Shown piece by piece: positions 45,512 to 55,697 of a stretch of 64,000 nucleotides of DNA. The notes beneath the pieces were generated by a model that was not told the DNA's origin, ran no database searches, and worked only from the letters and a program-made list of their open reading frames with translations. How positions within the stretch are numbered: the first letter of the stretch is position 1; every line of letters starts with the position of its first letter. Source of the DNA: Candidatus Woesearchaeota archaeon (lineage in GTDB: Archaea > Nanobdellota > Nanobdellia > Pacearchaeales > GW2011-AR1); NCBI GenBank assembly GCA_964419275.1, contig CAYQOY010000001.1:15218-79217 (forward strand), read 5' to 3'. The position numbers and the translations under genes are program-made.

Positions 45512-47677
45512 ATGTCTTTACCTAATCAAAATCCGCCAAGCGTAGATGATATTTTAAAAAAATACGGAAGAAAAATTGAAAAGCAAATCAACAGTTCGCC
45601 TCTTTCTTACCAAAAAGGAAATTACAGCCAGTCTTATTCCAAGTTCAAGCAAGAAATGGCTCCAGAATGGTCAAGATATGAACGATGGTGCAACATCCTT
45701 GGAAACACTTTGAAAGTAAAAGCTTCAAAAAAAGATGAAGAAAAAATCAAGAAATACTTAGAGATAGCTCATCTTGACGTTGAACCCTGGCAAGCAATTA
45801 CTCTCGGGTTAACTGCTTTTATCGGTGTTTTTTTTCTTAATTTAATTCTTTCTTTGTCTATATTTTTTATAACAACCAGTTTTCCAGGAACATTTTTTCT
45901 TTTGATGTTAATTTTTTCTTTGTTTATTTATTCTTACGTGAACAGTTATCCAGAAAGATTTGCCAACAAATGGAGGCTTAAAGCTTCATCTCAAATGGTC
46001 CCTGCTATTTTGTATGTTGTTGTTTACATGAGGCATACTCCTAATCTTGAAAAAGCAATTGCTTTTGCCGCAGAAAATATAGAATACCCCCTTTCCTTGG
46101 ATTTAAGAAAGGTTTTTTATGATGTTGAAATAGGAAAATTCTCAACAATAAAAGAAAGCTTAGATAATTACTTGGAAGTTTGGAGAGATTATTCTCCGGA
46201 ATTTATTGAGTCTTTCCATTTAATTGAAAGCAGCCTCTTTGAGCCCGGAGAAGACAGAAGAATTTCTGTTTTAGAAAAATCTATTCAAGTTGTTTTGGAT
46301 GGTGTTTATGACAGAATGCTTAAGTTTGTTCATGAAACAAAAGGCCCTGTTCAAAATACTTACATGTTGGGAACTGTTCTTCCTGTTTTAGGATTAGCGT
46401 TGCTTCCTTTAGCTTCGGTTATGATTGCAGATATGCTTAATGCAGATCATGTTTTCATGCTTTACAACTTAATTATTCCCTTTTTAGCTTTTTTCTTAAT
46501 GAATAAATACATGATGATGCGTCCAGGAGGACATGGAGAAACTTCTTTTTTAGAAAGAAACCCTAAGTATTCTTCTTTTAAAAATAATAGACATTATGTT
46601 AAAGCTTCTTTAATCGCAATTCCTTTAATTATTCTCGGATTTTTGCCTTTGATATTTCAGTATACCCCTCTTCCCGAACTTTTAGGATTACAAAAAGATT
46701 ATACTCTTGCTCAGTTGAAATTAGGCAGTTCTGAAGATCAAATGTTTTTTGGATTTGTTGGAAAACCCGGAGAACCGGTTAAAGGTCCATTTGGAATTGG
46801 TGCATCTATTCTAAGCATGTTTGTTCCTTTAGGAATCGCTCTATTCTTTTCTATTGCTTATACCAGTAAAACTAAGGAAATGATAAAAGAAAGAAATAAA
46901 ACCAAAGAGTTAGAAAAAGAATTCAACAGTTCACTTTTCCAGCTAGGAAATAGAATCGGAAATGGAACGCCTCCAGAGCTGGTTTTTAGCAAAGTTGCTG
47001 AATCTTCCAGAGGAATGAAAACTGAGGATTTCTTTAGAAAAGTTAGCTATAATATTCAAAGACTTGGAATGAGTGTTGAAAACGCTTTGTTTGAGAACAG
47101 AAGGGGAGTTATGAATGAGTACCCTTCCGGGTTAATTGCAACAAGCATGAGAATCTTAGTTGAGGCAGCCAAAAAAGGATTGCACATTGCAGCAGTTAGT
47201 TTGATGAGCATTTCAGAGTATATTAAAAATATTCAGAAAATTAATGATAGGCTAAAGGATATGCTTGCTGAAACTGTTTCAGATATGAAAAGTAATATGA
47301 CTTTCTTAACGCCTCTTCTAGCAGGTGTTGTTGTCGGACTTTCAACAATGATCACTAATATTCTGGGAAAAGTTAATCTTTTAGAAAGTTTGCAAGACCA
47401 GGAAATTTCGGGTATTGGCAATGTCTTAAAGATGATGGATATTAAATTAATGATTCCTCCTTATTTCCTTCAACTTGCAATCGGAATTTATTTGGTTCAA
47501 ATAATCTTTATTTTAACGCAAACTTTAGTCACAATAGACGCCGGTGAAGATGAGCTTGAAAGACTTAATAAAACTGGAAAAAACCTTAAGGCCGGAATGT
47601 TGTTTTACTTTTTCACTGCAGCAATTACCACTCTGATTTTATTTGCAATATCTTCTTCAGTTTTATCTGGAATGTGA
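45512..47677 (+). CDS. FlaJ/TadC-like polytopic membrane platform protein (T2SS-F-like)
   Basis: 721 aa. Two blocks of TM helices separated by cytoplasmic helical domains. Position immediately after the FlaI-like ATPase. Confidence 0.6.
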   Translation: MSLPNQNPPSVDDILKKYGRKIEKQINSSPLSYQKGNYSQSYSKFKQEMAPEWSRYERWCNILGNTLKVKASKKDEEKIKKYLEIAHLDVEPWQAITLGLTAFIGVFFLNLILSLSIFFITTSFPGTFFLLMLIFSLFIYSYVNSYPERFANKWRLKASSQMVPAILYVVVYMRHTPNLEKAIAFAAENIEYPLSLDLRKVFYDVEIGKFSTIKESLDNYLEVWRDYSPEFIESFHLIESSLFEPGEDRRISVLEKSIQVVLDGVYDRMLKFVHETKGPVQNTYMLGTVLPVLGLALLPLASVMIADMLNADHVFMLYNLIIPFLAFFLMNKYMMMRPGGHGETSFLERNPKYSSFKNNRHYVKASLIAIPLIILGFLPLIFQYTPLPELLGLQKDYTLAQLKLGSSEDQMFFGFVGKPGEPVKGPFGIGASILSMFVPLGIALFFSIAYTSKTKEMIKERNKTKELEKEFNSSLFQLGNRIGNGTPPELVFSKVAESSRGMKTEDFFRKVSYNIQRLGMSVENALFENRRGVMNEYPSGLIATSMRILVEAAKKGLHIAAVSLMSISEYIKNIQKINDRLKDMLAETVSDMKSNMTFLTPLLAGVVVGLSTMITNILGKVNLLESLQDQEISGIGNVLKMMDIKLMIPPYFLQLAIGIYLVQIIFILTQTLVTIDAGEDELERLNKTGKNLKAGMLFYFFTAAITTLILFAISSSVLSGM

Positions 47678-47739
47678 TAAGATTCTAAACGCAATTCAGA
47701 AAGAAAAACATTTATTAATTATTTGTCTTTGATAACCTT

Positions 47740-47886
47740 ATGAAGAAAAGAGGACTTGTTATAAGCTATACAACTAAAATTGTTATTCTGGCTATTCTGC
47801 TTTTGCTGATGTTGATAGGGTATGCTGCATTAAAAGAAACAGGGGTTTCATTTGTGGATAGAATAGGAGATATCTTTAAGGGTTAA
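47740..47886 (+). CDS. very small pilin-like ORF (48 aa; not in ORF track)
   Basis: MKKRG|LVISYTTKIVILAILLLLMLIGYAAL has a class-III-like N-terminus. Hand-translated; below the 60-aa track threshold. Confidence 0.25.
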   Translation: MKKRGLVISYTTKIVILAILLLLMLIGYAALKETGVSFVDRIGDIFKG

Positions 47887-47887
47887 A

Positions 47888-48913
47888 ATGGGAGAGCTTA
47901 TTCCAAACACAACAACCAAGTTTATTTTGTCTGCAGCTTTGATTATAATAATAACAGTTGCTATTGGCGCTTTGTTTTCAAATTCTTTTCTTCCTTGGAT
48001 TAAAGGTTTTATTACAGAATGGAATCCCTTCCGCCCAGCAGAAGGATGGGAATTGACAATAATAAGTAAAACTGATTTCACAGAGCCAATCCCCGAATGG
48101 GTTATTGATAGATATTTAGAAGAAACTTTTGAAGAATTAACTGAAAAAAATATCTTAAATACTGTTGGTCAAGGTTCTTCTTGTTATAACGAACCCTATC
48201 CCCTCAGAACGAATGTAAACAAAATTGAAGAAGGAAGAGACTTAACAGCTCTTTGGAAGGAATACAAAGAAAACGTAGACACAACTAATCCCTGCACCTC
48301 AAGTTGCTCTTTGAATTGGAAGTTACTTAATCAAAATGAACAAGATCGAGAAAAACTTAAAGAATATCTTTTTTTATGGGGCTTTTGTAAGAATCATAAT
48401 AATTTAGGAAATCTGCAATTCAGTAAATTATCTGACATTTCTGTTCAACCTAATTTAATTCATTTTAGAAATATGATTATTCATAAAAAAGTGTTTGAAG
48501 TAGGTTCGGATTATATCAAAAATATTCTCATTTCTCAAGGAACAGACGCATATAAAATAATTTACCCCTCTTTTTCTGGAACATATGAAAAAGTTTATTC
48601 TGAATTAATCACCGGAAGGGATTATAATGATAAAATCTATTGTCCTCTTTGGAGCAATGGGCAAATAAAAGAGGGGGGAATTTGTAAAGATTCTCGAGTT
48701 AAATCCAACGTTGTGACCTTAGTTTCTAAGGGCGGATTAAATAGAGAAGTTTCTCTTTTTATGGTTTGGACAAATGATGAAGGAAAGCTTATCTGTGAAG
48801 AAGATAAAACTGACAAGTTACTTTCTCCTCGTAGCTCTTGTACTATTAAAATGAATGGAAATAAAGAAATATTTGTTAAAGCAGCTCCTCTCGGACTTTT
48901 AGAAGGCTTTTAA
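47888..48913 (+). CDS. secreted/membrane-anchored Cys-rich protein
   Basis: N-terminal hydrophobic anchor (FILSAALIIIITVAIGALF). Multiple Cys pairs (SSCYNEP, CTSSCSLNWK, CPLWSNGQIKEGGICKD). Confidence 0.4.
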   Translation: MGELIPNTTTKFILSAALIIIITVAIGALFSNSFLPWIKGFITEWNPFRPAEGWELTIISKTDFTEPIPEWVIDRYLEETFEELTEKNILNTVGQGSSCYNEPYPLRTNVNKIEEGRDLTALWKEYKENVDTTNPCTSSCSLNWKLLNQNEQDREKLKEYLFLWGFCKNHNNLGNLQFSKLSDISVQPNLIHFRNMIIHKKVFEVGSDYIKNILISQGTDAYKIIYPSFSGTYEKVYSELITGRDYNDKIYCPLWSNGQIKEGGICKDSRVKSNVVTLVSKGGLNREVSLFMVWTNDEGKLICEEDKTDKLLSPRSSCTIKMNGNKEIFVKAAPLGLLEGF

Positions 48914-48921
48914 TTAACAAA

Positions 48922-49533
48922 ATGAAAAATAAAAAAGGATTTTTTTTAGCAGAAGAAACGATTCGGTTGATTGTAGGGGCTCTTATTTTAGTAAGTTTAG
49001 TTTCCCTTCTTGCTTTTTTATACTACTCTTCTCAACAAGATCAAGAACTTAAATTTGCAGAGAGTTCTTTAATCTATCTCGTGAGTCGTCTTGAAGCAGG
49101 AGATAAAGAGGTTATTCTTTTTGGACCTAAAGGATGGTACCTCATAGTAAACTCTGCTTGCAGGAATCTTGAAAATGTTCCTTGTATGTGCTTGCAAAAA
49201 GGACTTGGTTTTGGAGATTCTCCTGGAGAAGCCCAAAAAAGTGTTTGCATCAAAAATGATTTGAACATTAAAGTTTATCACGGCGAGACAGTATATGAAG
49301 AGATTTCCTCAGGTGTACAAGTGATTTGCGAAAGCGCTATTATGCTTAGTCCCCCTCAAAAAATCTGGGTTAAATCTTCTCCAGATAAAAAAATTCCATA
49401 TATTTTAACATTACAAGAATCTATAGAAATTTCAAATAACGCAGAATTTAAAGAGGGATGTAAATCTTCAATAGTAGAGTCCCCTTCAAATTCAAATGAA
49501 GTTAGACCTCGTATAGAAGGGAGTGATGCATAA
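48922..49533 (+). CDS. pilin-like protein with class III signal peptide
   Basis: MKNKKG|FFLAEETIRLIVGALILVSLVSLLAFLYY (Glu at +5 after the putative cleavage site). Cys-rich mature part. Confidence 0.55.
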   Translation: MKNKKGFFLAEETIRLIVGALILVSLVSLLAFLYYSSQQDQELKFAESSLIYLVSRLEAGDKEVILFGPKGWYLIVNSACRNLENVPCMCLQKGLGFGDSPGEAQKSVCIKNDLNIKVYHGETVYEEISSGVQVICESAIMLSPPQKIWVKSSPDKKIPYILTLQESIEISNNAEFKEGCKSSIVESPSNSNEVRPRIEGSDA

Positions 49534-49634
49534 TGGAATTTGAAACTTTAATAAAATATTTAATATGGATTATTTTTGTAGGGATAGCCTTAGCTGCAAT
49601 TTATTCCTTATTTAATAAAGCAGGAGTTATCTAA

Positions 49635-50630
49635 ATGAAATTCAATAAAAAAGGAGAAGTCGATGCGCAGATATTGAAAATAATCTTAGTAATAGCAGCA
49701 TTTTTGATAATTATTCTTTTAGTTATAAGATTTAATTTCACTAAGTCTATTGAGGATAATGTTTGTCGAGCTTCTATTTCTTTACAGTCTAAAGGAGGAA
49801 TTATTGGGGGCATTGCGAATAATGCTTTTTCTGCAAACTGTAAAACAAATTATGTTTGCATTTCTGGAGGAAAAAAGTGTTTGGGAATAAATCCAACAGA
49901 AACAATCAAGGTTGACGCCTCAGATAAAACTGAAATTATGAAAGCGATTGCAGATGAAATGGTTGATTGCTGGTGGGCTTATGGTGAAGGTAAAATGGCT
50001 TTTGCCGAAAGAGAAACTTGGAAAACAAATCTTGCTTGTGCAGCTTGTTCAAGAATTGTTTTTGACGAAAAAATTCAACAAACACAAGCAGAGATTTCTT
50101 ATCAAGATTTTTATAACTTTTTAACAGATTTTAAAAAATCCCCTTCTGAAACTTATTCTCAGTATATGTATAACACTAATAATGTAGACTATATCAATAA
50201 CCAATTTTCTGGAATTCGTTATAATTCAGTTTTTAGGCTTAGTTATATAAAAGATTATATCAAAAGCGAGGATTTAACTTTTAATCGAAAATTAGATTTT
50301 AAAAAAGATTATTACATCATAATTGGTTCTGCAAGACAGTCTTGGTTTGATGATAATTCTAATTGGATTTTTGGAGCAGCTGCAACAATTGTAGTTGGAG
50401 GAACATTACTTGCTACTGGCGGGACTGCTGCCCCTATTGTTATGGGAATCTCCACTGTTGCAAAAGGGACTGCGATAGGATTAGCTGGAGCAGGAACAGT
50501 TGGGGCAACTTTGATTTATAACTCGGTATTTAAACCAACAGATGATTCATACATTTTTTCTCCGATTATTTTAGAAGCTGATTCTTTAAAAGAAGTTCAG
50601 TGCCAAGAATACATAACTCTCCCCGGATAA
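49635..50630 (+). CDS. pilin-like protein with class III signal peptide and Gly-rich hydrophobic C-terminus
   Basis: MKFNKKG|EVDAQILKIILVIAAFLIIILLVI. C-terminal GAAATIVVGGTLLATGGTAAPIVMGISTVAKGTAIGLAGAGTVG. Confidence 0.55.
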   Translation: MKFNKKGEVDAQILKIILVIAAFLIIILLVIRFNFTKSIEDNVCRASISLQSKGGIIGGIANNAFSANCKTNYVCISGGKKCLGINPTETIKVDASDKTEIMKAIADEMVDCWWAYGEGKMAFAERETWKTNLACAACSRIVFDEKIQQTQAEISYQDFYNFLTDFKKSPSETYSQYMYNTNNVDYINNQFSGIRYNSVFRLSYIKDYIKSEDLTFNRKLDFKKDYYIIIGSARQSWFDDNSNWIFGAAATIVVGGTLLATGGTAAPIVMGISTVAKGTAIGLAGAGTVGATLIYNSVFKPTDDSYIFSPIILEADSLKEVQCQEYITLPG

Positions 50631-50686
50631 GCAGCTTCTTTATTTTCTATAAACATTTATTAATCTGTTTTTGTATTTTTTATAGT

Positions 50687-51106
50687 ATGAAATTATTAGG
50701 GATTAAGAGTAAAAGAGGAGAAAGTCTTTTGATGGAGAATATAATGTTTATTCTTATAACTGCTGTTTTTTTGGCAATGTTGATTACTTTTCTTGTTTCC
50801 AAGATGAATAGCCTTGCGATTTATGAAGAAATTTATGCAAAGAAAATAGCTTTGATATTAGATTATGCAAAGCCTGAGATGAAGATAGAAATTAATCTGG
50901 ATGATATCATGCCCAAAGAGAAATTAGAAAAAGAAGGCATAAGTTTTGATGGTTCTGTTTTTATTCAAGGTAATTTAGTTAATGTTAAACTTTATCCTGA
51001 AGGTAAAGGCTATTCTTATGCTTTTTTCAGTGATGTAAAAATTACTAGTTATTATTACAGTGCAGATAGAAACTCTTATGTTTTTATAATCGGGGGGTAT
51101 AACTGA
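50687..51106 (+). CDS. pilin-like protein with class III signal peptide
   Basis: MKLLGIKSKRG|ESLLMENIMFILITAVFLAMLITFLV. Start at internal ATG 50687, after the stop of the previous gene. Confidence 0.5.
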   Translation: MKLLGIKSKRGESLLMENIMFILITAVFLAMLITFLVSKMNSLAIYEEIYAKKIALILDYAKPEMKIEINLDDIMPKEKLEKEGISFDGSVFIQGNLVNVKLYPEGKGYSYAFFSDVKITSYYYSADRNSYVFIIGGYN

Positions 51107-51107
51107 A

Positions 51108-51623
51108 ATGCTCAATAAAAAAGGGGGACAAAAAGTTCTTTTTGTTTACTGGTTTGCGATATTCGTTATTATCACTGGCGGAGTGGTGTATATGGCTTCT
51201 GTTTTTTACGGAGCTCCTCACAATGTAAGAGAAGTTGAGTCCCAAGCACTTTTAGAAAGGGCTGTTGATTGTATTTCTGAAAAAGGGTATATTCATGAAG
51301 ATTTTTTAAATAAAAAAATAACTGATGAAACTCTCCTGGATTTTTGTCATTTCAATTTTGAAATTCCTTCCTCGGAAAAAAATCCGGTTGGTCAATATTA
51401 TCTTAAAATTGAATTTTTCAAATTTGATTCTTCTAAAGATTTAGCGATGGGAGAAAAAGTTTTAAGTTTAAACGCAGGAAATCCAAATCTTGATGCACCC
51501 CGGGAAATTTTAAAAGAGAATTATATTTCTCCGAAATTTGTTTATCTTTTAGACAAACAAGGCAATCCTTATGTAATTAAAATTAGCTCTATTGTGGGAA
51601 AGTTCAACGAAAATGTTAAATAA
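51108..51623 (+). CDS. pilin-like protein with class III signal peptide
   Basis: MLNKKG|GQKVLFVYWFAIFVIITGGVVYMA. Confidence 0.5.
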   Translation: MLNKKGGQKVLFVYWFAIFVIITGGVVYMASVFYGAPHNVREVESQALLERAVDCISEKGYIHEDFLNKKITDETLLDFCHFNFEIPSSEKNPVGQYYLKIEFFKFDSSKDLAMGEKVLSLNAGNPNLDAPREILKENYISPKFVYLLDKQGNPYVIKISSIVGKFNENVK

Positions 51624-52098
51624 AAAAGCTCAAGTTGGAGAAGGAATAACCTGGATTTTCACAACAATTGTGATAATTGTTTTTTTAGTTGCAGCAGTTC
51701 TTATAACTGACAAACTAGTGGAGGTAAAAGGATGGGCAACTAAAGCGCGAGAGATTTTTTCTCTTAAAGAGCAAACAGAAAAAATTGATAAGGATTTTAT
51801 TTTTTCCAAGTCTGTTTCAAGTTTTTTGTTAGTTAAAAGTTCAGACTCTGAAAAATTGTTTGGTTTGAAACCAAGAATAATCTCTTCGGGGATAGTTGAA
51901 GTTTCGGAATTTATCTTTGGAAATCTAGACCCCGTTCATTTAGGGCCAATTGGCAATCTTATCTCTGTATTAATTAATGAAGAAGCCGGAGTTTTCAGCG
52001 GTCCGCAATCAGAGAATCTCCCTTTGAAAAATTTAGAAAATCTATTCAGCACAATTAAATCTCAAGCAAATCTCGGAGGTATTGGTGAGAAATTATAA
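51613..52098 (+). CDS. pilin-like protein with class III signal peptide
   Basis: MLNKKA|QVGEGITWIFTTIVIIVFLVAAVLIT. Start set at internal ATG 51613. Confidence 0.5.
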   Translation: MLNKKAQVGEGITWIFTTIVIIVFLVAAVLITDKLVEVKGWATKAREIFSLKEQTEKIDKDFIFSKSVSSFLLVKSSDSEKLFGLKPRIISSGIVEVSEFIFGNLDPVHLGPIGNLISVLINEEAGVFSGPQSENLPLKNLENLFSTIKSQANLGGIGEKL

Positions 52099-52106
52099 TT
52101 TTTAAA

Positions 52107-52454
52107 ATGATGAATCGAAAAAAAGCAACATCAATTCCGATTATGGTTTTAGTTATAGGTGCTTTAGTGGTTTTCACTTTTGCAATAATGAGCTTTGTGA
52201 AAAATTTATCTAGCACTAGAAGCACTTCTTTAGATTTAGAGCCATTGAAAGAAGTTTATATCGATGCAGTAGGATTTTATTTTTACAGGAATCTAGGGCA
52301 GTCAAACGAAGAAGCTTTCAATAAGATAAATAACCCTGAATCAGGAAAGTCTGTGAAATTAGAAAAAGATTATTTGACAATCTCTCGTTCAAAAGGTTCT
52401 GTTTCTGTTCTTTATCGCATTAATATTAAAGAGATTTCTTCTGAAGGTGAATAA
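52107..52454 (+). CDS. small pilin-like protein with class III signal peptide (major-pilin candidate by size)
   Basis: MMNRKKA|TSIPIMVLVIGALVVFTFAIMSF. 115 aa. Confidence 0.5.
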   Translation: MMNRKKATSIPIMVLVIGALVVFTFAIMSFVKNLSSTRSTSLDLEPLKEVYIDAVGFYFYRNLGQSNEEAFNKINNPESGKSVKLEKDYLTISRSKGSVSVLYRINIKEISSEGE

Positions 52455-52509
52455 TCCAAGGAAAGCAAATCATAGAAATATTTATAAATCCCTACTGAAT
52501 ATTCTTGAT

Positions 52510-53436
52510 ATGCACAACAAAAGAGGTCAAGAATTTGGAATAAATTCTGCTGTACTTATTGTTATAGTTATCATTGTTCTTGGAATAATTGTTGCTGGAG
52601 TTTCCATGGGCTGGGAAAATTTAACTGCCTGGATTCAGCCAGACACTGTTTCTATAACTGCAGGAAAATGCTCTACTTCTTGTGGAGTGAATAATCAAAT
52701 AGATTTTTGTTCAAGTCCTAAATCCTTTAAAGCAAGCAGAGCAACAGTTCGCGCAGTTACAAGTGACGAAGCTCTTGCAACATATAACCTTTCATATAAA
52801 AATGAGCAAAAACTATTCCAATCAGTAAGAGAAGAATATCTTAAGAAAACATTTGAATATCAGATTTATAATACTAGTGCAGGAATATATCAAATTCCTA
52901 CAGATTATAATCCTACCAAATACACACATCCAGATAATAATTCTATTAATATCTCTGATTTCCTTAAAAATAAAGGTGTCACAGACCCAGAAAATTATCT
53001 TTCTCCTTCAAAGTTAATTAAACTAATTCCTAAAGCAGGTGAAGAAGGTTACTTAAAATCTAATGCAATTTTCCCAGAATTGTTTGCACTCGATGCTTCA
53101 CCAACAGACGGGAAGAGCATTAAATTTAAGAGTTTAGATTCTTCAACAGGAGAGGACACAGAACTTAGAAATACCTTAATCGAGTTAGCTAAAGATTCTG
53201 CTACCCGAAATTATTTAACAGCAGCAAAAAATTTAATGTATTATATGCAAGTAAAAGAAAAAGAAGGTTCTATAACTGGAATTAAAGTTAATGAATTTTC
53301 TTGCGCAGCTTTATCCGAACACCCTGTTTGGAAAGAATACTTCAAGAAATGTAGAGAGGATAACTTACTTTGTGAAGGGAAAAGTGCAGCAAGCAGTTCA
53401 GACTTAGAGACCTACTTAAAGATTAAACAAAGATAG
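52510..53436 (+). CDS. pilin-like protein with class III signal peptide
   Basis: MHNKRG|QEFGINSAVLIVIVIIVLGIIVAGV. Start at internal ATG 52510. Cys-containing extracellular part. Confidence 0.5.
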   Translation: MHNKRGQEFGINSAVLIVIVIIVLGIIVAGVSMGWENLTAWIQPDTVSITAGKCSTSCGVNNQIDFCSSPKSFKASRATVRAVTSDEALATYNLSYKNEQKLFQSVREEYLKKTFEYQIYNTSAGIYQIPTDYNPTKYTHPDNNSINISDFLKNKGVTDPENYLSPSKLIKLIPKAGEEGYLKSNAIFPELFALDASPTDGKSIKFKSLDSSTGEDTELRNTLIELAKDSATRNYLTAAKNLMYYMQVKEKEGSITGIKVNEFSCAALSEHPVWKEYFKKCREDNLLCEGKSAASSSDLETYLKIKQR

Positions 53437-53504
53437 ATATAGCCATTTAATCTATTTTTTATCTTTCTTAAACTCGCAAGAATTATAAACTAGATTTTAT
53501 TTTT

Positions 53505-54869
53505 TTGTTTATGAAATATCAAAGAGGACAAGCTGTAGTTTCGCATAGTTTAATTTATTTTATTATTGCTTTAATGGTTCTTGTAGGCTTGTTGGTTTAC
53601 TTAACCTTGGGCAAGGAGATTATTCCTAGGCAAGACACTAATTTAGATGATTTAGCTTCTCAGTGCGATACATTGTGTTCTCTTAAAGATCAAGAAGGAT
53701 TTTGCGAGAATATCCGTCCATTAGTAATAAAAGGCAAGAAAGTGGAAACAGAAACTTGCGCTTCTCTTGCAAGAGATTATCCAAATATCTTCCAAGGATG
53801 TTCTTTTTTTAGTTGCTCTAATTCTCAGGCATACTCTTTTTATTCCTATGTCAGTTCAGGCGGGTTTATTCAACAAAGCACAGGGTTGCTTGAAAATGGG
53901 GTTATATTAAATGTATTTAATACTCAGATGGAAGATGTCCTTCCAGATGCTTTTAAAGTTAGTCTTGATGATATAACCGAAGCAAGAGCAATATTAAATA
54001 ATAAAGGCATACTTTCAGGAGCAGACATTGATGCAGGAATTGGCCCGCGATTTTCTTCTGCACTTATTCTTTTCCAGTTGGAATATCTTGGAAAAGATAA
54101 GGTTACAGGGCTTCCAAATAAAGAAACTTTAGATGAGCTAGCAAAGTTAAAAAATTCCGACGGAACAATAAACTTGCCTTCCTTTCAAAGTTGGGGCAAA
54201 CCAGAACCCACAGATTGGAGCAAGAGTCAGGGCAGTTTAAATATAAACGACTTAGTGGTTTTGCCTTCTGCAGAAAAATCCGCTTCTGGGAAAACACTAT
54301 ACGCTTTTGTCGAAAAAGAAACAGCAATTGCTTGGGCGTTTTTAATCCGAGAAGCTATGGAAGAAACAGAGCCAGAATTAGATTTAGAAAGATTTGTTTT
54401 AGTCGATGCAGACGGGGGCTATAGGCCTTTGTATAACCAAATGGTAGTGTTGTTACAATATGGGTGTTGCAAGTATAAAGATTCTTGTAAATCTTTTCCT
54501 AGCCCTCAATTAAGCACTTATGTAAATATTCCTGCTTGGGATAATAAAGATTCTGCTAAAAACTGGATTGAGAAAAATTATAATGCTTACTGCAACAACC
54601 CTGGAGAATTGGAGTTTAATAATCTCTTATCGCAGATTAATACCGGAGCTTTAAAAGGAACAGCCACTGGAGCTCATTCAAGAGGAACAGCATTAGATTT
54701 TAATTTGAAAAATAATCAGAATATAATGTCAGATGTTCAAGGAAAATGGTTAGAAGAAAATGGGAGAAATTTTGGTTTTTGCCCTTATCTAAATAAAGAC
54801 ACACCCGAACCTAATGATTATATTGAAACTTGGCATTGGGAGTATAAAGGCGTTGATGGTTGTTCTTAA
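53505..54869 (+). CDS. pilin-like N-terminus fused to peptidoglycan-binding domain and VanY/M15-like (LAS) metallopeptidase domain
   Basis: MFMKYQRG|QAVVSHSLIYFIIALMVLVGLLVYL. PG_binding_1-like AGIGPRFSSALILFQLEYLGKDKVTGLPNKETLDEL. LAS motifs H..G.A.D (AHSRGTALDF) and E.WHWEY (IETWHWEYKG). Confidence 0.6.
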   Translation: MFMKYQRGQAVVSHSLIYFIIALMVLVGLLVYLTLGKEIIPRQDTNLDDLASQCDTLCSLKDQEGFCENIRPLVIKGKKVETETCASLARDYPNIFQGCSFFSCSNSQAYSFYSYVSSGGFIQQSTGLLENGVILNVFNTQMEDVLPDAFKVSLDDITEARAILNNKGILSGADIDAGIGPRFSSALILFQLEYLGKDKVTGLPNKETLDELAKLKNSDGTINLPSFQSWGKPEPTDWSKSQGSLNINDLVVLPSAEKSASGKTLYAFVEKETAIAWAFLIREAMEETEPELDLERFVLVDADGGYRPLYNQMVVLLQYGCCKYKDSCKSFPSPQLSTYVNIPAWDNKDSAKNWIEKNYNAYCNNPGELEFNNLLSQINTGALKGTATGAHSRGTALDFNLKNNQNIMSDVQGKWLEENGRNFGFCPYLNKDTPEPNDYIETWHWEYKGVDGCS

Positions 54870-54908
54870 TTGCGAAATTATTATAAACTCTTTTTTATTT
54901 TAATAAAC

Positions 54909-55643
54909 ATGAACAAAAGAGGACAAGAGTATGTAATTACTATGATTGTAGTTCTCGCTTTAATGACTTTAATTCTTGGGCTTTATATGGGTTGGATTGA
55001 CACAAGCATTCCAGTGATAAATAGTCTTATAGGAAAAGAAAACCTTGATTTGAGAGTGCAAGAGTGTAATAATGCTTGCAATAGCATTCCTCCCCAATCA
55101 TATGCTTATTGCCAAAAAACTAGAAAGCTTACACTTCCCGATAAAAAGAAAACAGAAGGAACTTGTTACGAATTTTCTAGGGGAGAAAATATCCCCGCAG
55201 AATATAAATCTTATTTTCAATCTTGCGAAAAAATAAATTGTGAAGAATTTTTAGGTGGAGTAGAAGCAGAGGAGGAAGATGGGGGGGAAGATGAAGAAGC
55301 TGAATCGCCTTTAAATCCGGAAAATCTTATTCTCAAGATGAATGCGTATACCTTAAAAAGCGGAGAAAGTAGAGTACTAGATTTAAATAATAATAATTTA
55401 TACAAAATTATAGGATCTAATAGTGCTGCAATTCCTTTAGCAACAATCATTCTTTCTAAAGATATAAACAGCTGTGATTATCCCCCTATTAAGATTAATG
55501 CAGGAACCTATTCCCTTTTGTCAATGGTGTACGATCTTAATAACCACCAAAACGTTAAATATTTTATTGATGACACTATTGATAATGGTAAAAATCCTTG
55601 TGTTCGTTTAAATCAGTTTACCTTTAAAGAATGGCTTATCTAA
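54909..55643 (+). CDS. pilin-like protein with class III signal peptide and acidic stretch
   Basis: MNKRG|QEYVITMIVVLALMTLILGLYMGW. EAEEEDGGEDEEAES. Cys-rich. Confidence 0.5.
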   Translation: MNKRGQEYVITMIVVLALMTLILGLYMGWIDTSIPVINSLIGKENLDLRVQECNNACNSIPPQSYAYCQKTRKLTLPDKKKTEGTCYEFSRGENIPAEYKSYFQSCEKINCEEFLGGVEAEEEDGGEDEEAESPLNPENLILKMNAYTLKSGESRVLDLNNNNLYKIIGSNSAAIPLATIILSKDINSCDYPPIKINAGTYSLLSMVYDLNNHQNVKYFIDDTIDNGKNPCVRLNQFTFKEWLI

Positions 55644-55697
55644 TTCTCTTTGTTGTTTCTTTTCTCCGAAAATGTTTATAAATTCTCGAAGGCTCTA

